From Lingula anatina (Eukaryota; Animalia; Brachiopoda): a stretch of DNA of 64,000 nucleotides. The DNA lies in NCBI GenBank assembly GCA_051362555.1, contig CM120640.1:46478788-46542787 (forward strand), read 5' to 3'. Below, piece by piece: positions 1-10,683 of this stretch (position 1 is its first letter; each line of letters begins with the position of its first letter). The notes under the pieces are model-generated. The model was given only the letters and a program-made list of their open reading frames with translations. It was not told the origin of the DNA and did no database searches. Both the position numbers and the translations under genes were made by a program.

Positions 1-1305
1 TGTTACGTGGCTTTGGGATAAACTTGTCTGAAACATTAACCTATAACAAGAGGTAAAAATGTGCAGTTTTTCCTGTCAATTGAGAAAACATCAAAATTTA
101 CAAGATTATTTGTTATTAAATTGATGTAAACCGGGACCAAGGGCTGGGGTAACGCTGGGATATGGAGGGGGTAGGGCTTCAGTGACACAATAACATTATT
201 TCTTTTCATACAGCCATTTTACATTTTAATGATATTTGAAGACGATATTTCTCCACTGGTAAAAAGCAAATTTATGCTGTTGCAGAACGTGCTTAACTTT
301 GTAAACTCTTCACCCCAAGTGCGTGGCCTGTATGGTCATAAACCTTACAGACTTGGCATTTCTTTCTTTTTCTCTTCCAAGACTTGAAATAATTGAGGCA
401 ACCAAACGTTGTCCCATCTGATACCATAACTTAAGTGTTTGTGATATAAAATGCTCTCAGCGGTAAAATATACTCATATACTCATTTTCTTTTAGATTAC
501 TTTTCATGCTGTCCTTGTTAATAAATATGCTGCAGTAAGAAAGTGATCACGTTCTTAATGATTTAGCTAATCAGTAGAATCTGAAAAAGTGTTTTTCATT
601 AATCACGCTTAAATTACGTCTCATTATGCTCAACTATGAGATCTAACAGGCCCCCGATAAAACAATCTTAAATCAATTAACAGCTGAACGTGAAGATTCT
701 TAATCTGGGTACGTGGGACTAAGGCATAACATAGCGTCAAGCACGTTCTACTGCACATTGTTTCTATTACCGCGAATAACCCACTTGTATGCTATACGGA
801 AACATTGTCACCTTAAAACTGTTGATCTTACCAGTAAATCTTTGACAGTGTGATTGTGAACTTCGAAGGCCAGTCTAAGAACATTCGTCCTGTCCTGTTT
901 TTAAATTAAACAGTTACACCTCCGTTTGGCTTAGACATAATAACAAAACAGATGTCCTTTGTTGACTACCACTAACTTAGCGGCATATGAATACAGTTCA
1001 CCTCTGGTGCATTTATGATATTGCCCGAATGCTGCTCGTTTGTAGCCAACTGGACTGTTATAGTCGAAGCCGCTGTAATTGGTACACATGCACTGGACCA
1101 TATAGTTTTCAGGACTCTATTTTTTAGAATACACCTTGTTCCAGGTCTTTCTTTTTGCTGTTGTATGTTTACTTAAAAAATATTTGCTTTAATGTACCAT
1201 CTGTGTACTCCTTTCTCGTCTTATTGTTACACTTATTTATATCAGTCGGAATTATTTCATAACTCAATTACCTTTCAGGCCAATTCAATTAAGACTGGGG
1301 TAATC

Positions 1306-4300
1306 ATGCACGCAACGAGCTTGCTGTTCCTGACATTTTTCATTCTGCAGCAAGAGAGCTTTTGTCAAGATGTCGAAATTGTTCACGAGTAAGTCCCCGT
1401 CCCCTCTCTTTGTATCTTATAATTCTATGAATCTTTTTCGGTTTATTTGCAGCATTCAAGAAAGGTAGTTCAATGTATGGTCTTCATCTTATAAAAAACT
1501 TATAACCCATGTATTCGAAAAGAAATGACATTAATTTTTAAGTTTACTCGTAGAAATATGATGAATGAGTTTTAATCAGGAAATCATTTTGTACAGCCTT
1601 GAATATTGATTTGATGTCTATCTCATTGCATTTCTAGCTCTGCTGCTGAGCGTTTTCTGGAAGATCTCGCCAAAAAGTCGTACAACAAAAGAATTCGACC
1701 TAATGTACATTCAGGTATCTGTGTTAAAATTGTAAATTGACTTTCTGCTTTTGATCATTAAATGTATTTTATTAATTTTAAATGTGCCGTTGAAGCTTCT
1801 GAATCCTACGCAAATTGTAACAATGTCGAGATGAAATAATTGATATCAAGCAATTTACAATGAATTTATTTTCATGAATAAGTTCATTCTTAGTTTTTCG
1901 CCTCTAATAGATGATCCCGTGAACATATCTATTGCACTTTATATCAACACGATCAGTGACGTCAATGATGCAAATATGGTAGGTAAATTCCCTTAACTTG
2001 AACTGATAAGTAAGACATTTTCCCCAAATGTTTTTATTGCAAGGCAGTTTTTACCTTCTATATTTCTAGCTAGCGTACAAATATAACACCAAAGAAAATA
2101 CATAACGTTAGAGAAGATTCAAGTATTAAACTTTTCAATTTCTACACAAAAATAGAGCTATACCTGACAGAGCTTTCGATGACAACCGTGATCTTCTTCA
2201 GCGAAATTGAAAGAATAGAAATTGAAAAGTTTAATACTTGAATCATATCCTACGACTACACAGATGAATTTCCATCAGACCATTAGAGAAATTAAGATAA
2301 GGGTGTATTTTTTAACAATGTAACTAATAATAATTTCCCCAAAATAAGAATCAGTACATCCGTCAAAGAAATATTTTTACCTCTGTTGATTTTAGTTATG
2401 GACGAATCTTGATAAAATATTCAGGATAAGTCAGAAATGAAGTTAGAATGGTTAAGATTTCGTTGGTGAACTATGAATCAATTAATAAATTGCTATCGAA
2501 AATTGAGCTACCTCGGCGGAGGTCCTCGCTCTTAGTAATTTTCTAGATTTTTTTATACACTTATCTCACTCTACAGGACTTTTCGGTGGATCTAGTTCTT
2601 CACCAAATGTGGCATGATCCTAGGCTAGCCTTTAATAGCTCCTCCTCCGACAATTTTGACACTATCATTCTTGAAGATGACAGTACAATATGGCATTCCT
2701 TCCTCTACTTTCGTAATGAGAAGGAGGGAAAACAACATACGATTACCAGACCCAACGTTGCTGTCAGGATTAGTTCGGAGGGAAACGTGCTTTACTCACA
2801 AAGGTGATTTTTACGCACGCACACATTAGGCGCACCCTGTGGTGGATGCATGAGAGAGAGAGAGAGAGAGATTTAATAGTTGAAGGTATTGTGAGAAAAT
2901 CCCAGTTATTATGAAGCCAAGCATCTTTATACCAATAGGTTGACTTTGTTCTTCGATATTTAAATCAATGGAACGCGTTAGCGTCTTAACATATACATTA
3001 ATTTGCAAATATTATTTCACCAGTTCTTAAGAACATAATCTAACAATGAGATAACAAAAACATTGTCGTATTTTGTCAATACTGATGATGCGTGCTTCCT
3101 TGCAGGCTTGCTCTGGTGTTGGCATGTCACTATGATTTCTCTGTGTTCCCCATGGACAACCAAACATGTAAAATCCAAATGGAAAATTGTAAGTACCCTT
3201 AAGTGGAAATCATCCGGTGCCACCGGATAACATTTAACGATTATAATTCACGCATCATGTGTGTGACAGATTGGAGTTCGATCTATACAGATGTAATGTT
3301 AAAGTTTTGTTCGTTTCTATTGTAGAAACACTTTCAGTTAAAACTGTGTTCTGGAGCTTTTCTGTAAGGTGGTTTCTAGTGCACAGCAATCTTTCTTTTA
3401 CCATTTTTCTTGAAATCATTTCGATTTTATCTTCTTTGGTCATCATTTAATCTTGTGTTTCCACAACATTTGCAATACAGTGATACATAAAGCTAAAGCT
3501 AAAAGTGATCAGTTTTTATAATTTATCTAACAATAGATATGTAGTGATAAAGGACGTTATTGTCATGGTATTTAACGACTACACCACCCCAGACCCAAAC
3601 ATTAATAGAAACCACTCGAACGTATACTTATTCGATATTTCCTTCTATTATCAAATTTTAACTTTAATTTGCAGTGCTTTCAAAAACAGAAAGAACTGCT
3701 GTAAGTGGATATTCTTATAGAAAGATGGTAATTGTGGTTAACCAGTAGAATATTTTATAAAAAGTTCAATACATGTATGTTTTTCTTCAAGTCGCCTACC
3801 CAGTTGATGACGTGATATTCACCTGGGCAAAAAATCCGGTACATGTCAGTACTCAAGATACATACCTACCGGAGTTTGAACTAACTGGGGTCAATGCAAA
3901 AGAATGCAAAGCAGTTTACCCAATAGGTACCTGCTCTCTCCCTCTCCAGATAATGTTTCTTATTGTTCTTTGGTCGAATGAGTAGTCTTTAATAAGATGC
4001 CCATTTCGTCTTTATCTGTGTATTTATTTATCCTCAAATATTTTATTTATTTTTCTTTTATCTTTGATTAAAAACCATATTGTAGAGTGCAGGGCCTGGT
4101 GACATTGCAAGAATGAACATAGGCACCATCACTTTCAATCTTCTCAAGTTTGTAAATAAGTAAAATTAATACTATACAGAGGTTTTTTTCTTTCTTTTTT
4201 TTCTTTTTGTTTCTTAAGGTACTTACGCCTGCCTGTATGCCACAGTGGAGATTCAGCGCGATATTCGTTTTTTTCTTCTCAACATTTACGCCCCAAGCAT

Positions 4301-5090
4301 GGTTGTCGTCATGTTGTCCTTCCTCAGCTTTTGGATCGACCCAAACTCCGCCCCTGCCCGGGTAGCCATCTGCGTCATCACGGTTTTGACGATCGTCACC
4401 CAAATAGTGTCTCTGCAGTCTCGCTTGCCCAGGGTCTCGTACGTGAAGGCTATGGACACGTGGCTTTGTGCCTGCCTTTGTTTTTCAATGGGATCTATGT
4501 TGGAATATGCCCTCGTCAGCGTGTTTTTACAGAAGGAGATCTTGAAAGCTAAGGACCGTAAAAAAGAAAATCAGACTAAGGTACACGTGTAACCCATTAA
4601 ATCGTGTGTTTCATATTTTTTAATTTGCAGCCTTTTGCATGTAGACTTTCGAAAAATGTCTTTAGATTTTGTAACATAAATAAAAATCCAAATAAGAACG
4701 CCATTAGTCAATTTGAAAAATATATCTCAAAACATCAATAACATAAATATAAAAGAAAACGAGTTTTCAGTTTAAGAGTTTTTGTTACTTTATTTAAATA
4801 CTAATTAACGATTTTGAATGTTATCCATGTCATTTCCTTCCATTTAGCACGAAGAAACGTTTTGTCTACTAACCAAAGAAGAAGAAAGCGCACTGAACAA
4901 CAAATCTTCTCTGGACAAGCGGAAACAAACGCTGTGGTGTGTGGTAAAGAGGCAGCTGACGGCACACCGCGTGGATAAAGTTTCTAAGATTTTCTTTCCT
5001 TTCCTCTTTCTGTTCTTCAACTTATTATACTGGGGTATTTACATGGTCTTCAAGATACATCCTCAGCACGAACACGATGAAAATCTTTAA
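1306..5090 (+). CDS. Cys-loop ligand-gated chloride channel subunit (GlyR/GluCl-like, divergent), tandem copy 1, ~425 aa
   Basis: Exons 1306-1388, 1638-1714, 1911-1978, 2577-2803, 3106-3188, 3792-3926, 4219-4580, 4848-5090 (GT-AG, frame continuous, 1278 nt). Signal peptide MHATSLLFLTFFILQQESFC; YNKRIRP; WHDPRL; Cys loop CHYDFSVFPMDNQTC; loop-C disulfide CKAVYPIGTYAC; M1 IYAPSMVVVMLSFLSFWI; PAR motif before M2; LPRVSYVKAMD; M4 VDKVSKIFFP...FNLLYW. Confidence 0.93.
2116..2280 (-). mobile_element. Penelope-like element remnant with inverted repeat and hammerhead-like core (intron 3 of receptor copy 1)
   Basis: 29-bp perfect inverted repeat gattcaagtattaaacttttcaatttcta / tagaaattgaaaagtttaatacttgaatc flanking a minus-strand CTGAAGA-stem-GAAAGCTC motif, followed by acagatgaa. 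Absent from the copy-2 intron. Confidence 0.5.
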
Positions 5091-5555
5091 AGAACGTTCA
5101 GCCCTGCCTCACCAGCAGTGATATAGTGCGGGTCTTCGTGTTTATACATTTTTAGGTGATGGTGATTATCGTGCTGTGATCTCTAACAAAGTAACTGTAG
5201 AAATATTTTATAAAACATTCGGTGAATTAGAATGTATTCGACTAAATTTTAAACGAAATAATGGACACATGTTTAGAACATTAAGAAAAACTGTCGGAAC
5301 GAGAAAGTTTTAGGTGCAGCGTGAAGTAAAACACAAACATTATTTTCATGTTGGATATTAGGCCTTCTAGGTCTATATATGCAGTGTAAACTCAGTCCAT
5401 ACTCAGGGACAATGTGGTCATTTGTTAACGAGGTGATTTAGACTAGCACATTATAGATACACAGTATATATATATATATATATATTCGAGGGTTTATCTC
5501 TGCAAATGTGTGTTCAAGTTTTATGCTTTGTAAATAATGTGGTTTCGGCCTTATA

Positions 5556-6819
5556 GGGGAGACCGGGGCTAGTTGGACCCCGGGGTAAGTTGGCCCCCCG
5601 TCAATTTATGAAAAAGTAACTACGAGGTAAAAAAATTGGCCACATACTCTTGCAAAGTGACTGTAGCCTACAATGCTAAGGAAGTGTCGGACGTTAAAAA
5701 GTTTTACTTAAGCGGTGAGTCGAAATAAACGATTTTTGCACCTAAAAGTTATTTTGTTTAAGAGATTTAAAAATCTATTATCATAGGCTTTTGATCAAAT
5801 ATAAGATATGTATAAGGCATCAAACTGAAGCTCATTGTTTCAAGTTTCACAGAGATGTATCATCGTTGCTCATTCTAGCACCATAAATGGCTACCATCCT
5901 TTAAAATAAATAATGTGCACCCGGGGCTAGTTGGCCCCCTTGACTCGGGGCAAGTTGGACCCTCATATTACCCACAAACCTTTGCGCGCAACGCTGTTTG
6001 AAATAAACAAGTTGGTGAATTTGACAAAGCTTGCCGGTGTCTATTACCGTCTGATTGATTTTTTAAATTTTCTCTCTGGTGTCTTTTTGAGAATTTATAT
6101 TAGAAATATTCTGTTGATTGTAAGTATTAAAAAGCAAATCCATTGGACTTTCCGTAGAAAAAACATTCATTTTGCCTTAATTCATTGTAAGGGGATTCCC
6201 TTTGTATTTATAGTGTTATATGTGGCCCCAAGGGGATTTTCCACCCCTCCCTAGCTAGAGACTATTGTTGAAACAAACTCAACGGCTTAAAACTGAATTT
6301 GTTACTTTCTTTTAAAAAAAAAATTTATTATTCGTTTTCATTCATTAAAACCCTCTTTATACCATTATTTATTTATTCTTAATTAAATTATTGATAGATA
6401 TTTTGGTTCTTGCAACACATACCCCCCCCCCCCCCCCCCCCCCAACAACGTGACGTACGGAAACCTCAATAAATCTGCCTCCTTTGAACTGTTTATTCAT
6501 CAAAGACTCTCAAAAATCAATTAAATAAATAAATAATTTATAAAAATGTATTTCAAGGCGTTTACATGGGATATATACTTCATTTTCGTATAGGGGGGCC
6601 AACTTGCCCCGCCATGGGGCAAGTTGGCCCCCCTAACGTCAACTGCGTTTTTTGTCAAATTGTGAGCCACCTGGTATTATATTTGAAAAATAATGACCTT
6701 GCATACGTAGCTTAGTTCATGGGGCTTACTTTGAAACCGGTTTTGTTACTCTAACCCACTCCTAGTTGGCTCTACAAGGCCAAAAGTGTCTAACTGGGCC
6801 AACTAGCCCCGGTCTCCCC
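5556..6819. mobile_element. Non-autonomous DNA transposon / MITE (TA target; Tc1/mariner-pogo-like), ~1.26 kb
   Basis: TIR ggggagaccggggctagttgg ... ccaactagccccggtctcccc; internal repeats of cgggg(c/t)aagttggcccc; TA on the left, TG on the right. The empty site is visible in the paralogous region at ~14170-14178. Confidence 0.85.
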
Positions 6820-9800
6820 TGTAAGTGATAAAAGGTCGAATACAAATTACTTATCTTTTTCTGTGTGATATCATATTATACTTGTTTTTTTGTACTTATA
6901 GAAAGTAAGTTCAGTTTTTGTTAGTTAAATATGACATAGATTACTATGATTAATAGATGCATGTATTAACTGCCTTCACGCTAAAGCGTATCTTCAAGAT
7001 TACGCTCGGAGCACATTTATATGGTGGCGCCCTCTCTGTCTCTTGGCGGTGCAAACGAAAATGTAAGTATCTTATGATTTATAGTTCAAATGAAATTCAA
7101 AATATTTCTTTTCACAAATGAAATTCAAAATACTGCTTATCTATCTGATTATCAATAAATTCTCTAACTGCCATTGTCTCGTGACAGAAAGGTGTCATAC
7201 ATCCATATATACAGGATTAGAACATTTGAAAAGGGCGCATATACAGTACCTGACATTTCACATATATTTACTAAAATTGGACATTTCTATAAGGGAATGC
7301 ATTACACAAAGATTTTAATGATGAGGATGACTTAACAATTTGAGCAAAAAGTGGCTAAAAAGTATGCTCATACAGCAAAAAAAACAAATCCTATTTAAAA
7401 CAGCTTATTATAAAAAATAAATTTATACATCTCTGAATGATCCCAATTTAAAGTGTATTCAGGCAATAAATAGTAAAACAATACTGAGGAGATCAATAAC
7501 AGTTGCACCCTTTCTGACTTGTGACCAGAGATTCACATCGCTTCCTTAAACCTATCTCAAGATTTTGTAATCCTTGCGTTTGGAGCCCGTTCTCTTCGTC
7601 TATTGGAGCTAAGGTTTTGCAATAGAGGTTTTCACTGTTTTATCAATCGTTTCTCAAGCATATTCTATCACACTGACACCTGGAGAATGTTTAGGCCAAT
7701 CCATAGAAAGAAAACCATGCTGCTGCACCCCGTCTTGTACGTCCCGCGCTCTGCGGATAGCACATTGTCCAGCTCTGCAATGTTTCTTTATAAGTGTGTC
7801 ATTCTATGCGTCCAATCTGATAAATGTGTCAGCATTTCGTCTTTGATAAAAGAGTCAAGCAAATTATTTTCTATAGTTGTCTTAATTTATTAAAACATAT
7901 TCTACAATTTAAGTCATCAGCCCCAAACAGTCCAATATGGCGAAACCGGCAGATATTATGAAGTATCCCAAAGAAGTAAAAGCTTAAATGAAAAAAGATA
8001 TTTATTATTATTGAGGGAGTCGATTCTCTGGTTGGATTTGTCAATTGTATGTTTCTCTATACTTAGAAAGAATTAACTTGTATGCAGTATATTATAATGA
8101 AGAGAGGCGGTGCCAAGACGCGGGATTTGCTGTGTATAGCCTTAAGGGAAAGAAGCCACAAAGTCTTAGCTTTTCTAATGGACTTAATATGGATTGAATG
8201 AATGATGAAACTCGAATAAGGTGACATTATGATATATTCCAGGATAAGAGTTAACATGTTGCAAAGTAAATAAATATTGCAGCTGGTCAGTTTCTTTTAT
8301 CACTGTTTATCAGTTGGGGAAACAGTACATATATGTTTTTCTTTACGCCGCGTGAATTAATTTCTTCGTATTACATCGATTATTCAATACCTCACATTCA
8401 AGTTCTCCAAAGACGCTGTATGTTTGGACGATTGGTTCAAGATTGAAATAGGCTTTATTTCCTCGAGGTAATAGCACATTCTGTTTGGAGAAAAGTAAAT
8501 AACAGGCCATACAGTTTAGCTGGAAATAACTCACTGCGACCCATATTTGATTTCTGCAAAAGAGGTAGGGTATCTGAAGCAACTAGATGCTGACTGCTGC
8601 AAGTAAAAGTAAGCATTTATTGTCATTATCTAATTCTTCACCTGGTGTAACAGGAATGGTAGTCTTAGGAATGAAGTACGATGATATGATGCATGTAAGT
8701 ACAGGTTAGGCTTCGTCGGAGTGTATGGATTAGCATATGGGACGAATGTCACCTGTGCAAAGTAATGGGGAACAGACTGCGGTTCCTGCCGGACGACCAT
8801 TCCTGTCTCACTGGCTGTGTCACAACCTTAACAGGTGTCCAGAGACACTTATATTTCGTGTTACATTTTTTAAAGTTTTGATACGTTGTAGGGGCTACTT
8901 ACGATAACTTTGGGAAATATAAACCGATAACCAAAACAACTTCATACGTTTTGCTTTCAATTAGGAAGACATCAAAATTAAAAAGGCCATTTGTTACTAA
9001 GAAGATGTGAAACGGGGCGAGGGGTGGGGTGGGGTTGGGTGGGGGCGCTGGGGGTCGGAGTGGGGTCACAAGAGCACAATAACGTTTCTTTTCATACAGC
9101 CAGTTTATATTTAAACAAAGGAATTTTGGCTAGCGCAGACCACCAGCCAATGCATTATGTAAGGTGTTACAAGCAAAAATATTAATCTCCCAATGGTGAA
9201 AAATTCTAGAAGACTCGAATTGTTTATACAATTTCAGAATTCAGTCGGCAGTCGGCAATAGCCTTATACTGTGGGGGCTTATTGCTTTAAAAATTTCACA
9301 GCGGTAATGCGTTCTATACTCATTTTCTTTCACATTATTTTTCATGCTGTCCTCGATTATAGGCATGGTAGGCCTACAGCAAGACACGTTCCTACCGATA
9401 TAATTCTCAATCACTCTATTAGAACCATTGCCTTTCAATCAATACGCTATACGACTCATTTTGCTCCACTATGAGATCTAGCAGTCTCCCGATAAAACAA
9501 TCTAAGATTAATTAAGAGGGAGAGGAAGGGACACGTTCATCGTCAAATTGTTTTTATTACCCCGAAAAAACCTACTTGCAGTACTAGTTGCCCTAAACCA
9601 TTGTCGCCTTAAACTGGTGATTTTATTGATAAACTTTTGACGGCAGAGTTGTTAAGTTTGAAAGGCGTTTATTCAAGTGGACTTCCCACCTGAAACATGC
9701 AAGCCCCCCCCCCCCCCCCAAAAAAAAAAAAAATTAATTTTAATTTAAGTTTACTTTAAAAACTTTTTTCTTTCTGTTTTGAAAATTGAAAACGGCTGCT

Positions 9801-10058
9801 CTTGGTCCATAAAGTCTACCTGCGCAGTGTAATTATGAATACATACCACCTTGCATTTGTAATATAGCATTGAATTATCGCTCAAGTGGTGCTTGTTAAC
9901 AGTCGTCTGACATGTTATAGTTGAAATGGACAGGAGCATACATGCTTCCCAACTGTGTTTTATAAAAGACATTTTTGTTGTTGTATTTTTAGTGTGTGTG
10001 TGTGTATGTGTGTAACCTGGTTACATTTCAGGCCAATTCAGTTAAGACTGGAGTAATC

Positions 10059-10652
10059 ATGTATGCAACGAGCTTACTGTCCCTGGTGTTTTTTGCTCTG
10101 CAGCAAGAGAGCTTTTGCCAAGACAACGAAATTGTTCACGAGTAAGTCTCCTCTCTATTTCTCTTACGACATGTTTGATTTCTCTGAGGACTACATGAAA
10201 GGTATTACACTTTGACTTTACCTCTTCATCAAAAGGCGTGAAGTGTAGTGGAAGAGGTGTATTTAAAGTCCTATACTTTACTTTAATAAGTCACTGGCAG
10301 CCCATTGTAACTATAATTTTCGAGGTTACTATAAAAATGTGATGAACGGATATTAATCAATAAATTGTTATGTAAAATATTATATAGTGATCTGATGCCT
10401 GTTTAAAACCATTTCCAGCTCTGCTGCTGAGCGTTTTTTGGAAGAACTTGATAAAAAATCGTACAACAAAAAAATTCCACCAAATGTACATTCAGGTAAC
10501 CTTGTCAAAATTGTATATTCATTTTCCACTTTTAATCATTAAATGTATTTTTATAAACTTTAAATGCTCTGGAGATTCATCTTAACTTCAAACAAATTAT
10601 AAAAGTATTGTACGAAATAATTTAAATATTGACATTTACCATACCTTTCTTA

Positions 10653-10683
<31 letters not shown>

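Noticed and set aside
4068-4552. Overlapping antisense and alternate-frame ORFs (also 13164-13472, 17324-18109, 33821-35049, 48759-49486, 56342-56701)
   Set aside because: Shadows of real coding exons with no independent motifs.
5931-6254. 107-aa ORF
   Set aside because: Lies inside a non-autonomous MITE, has a TTG start and no transposase motifs.
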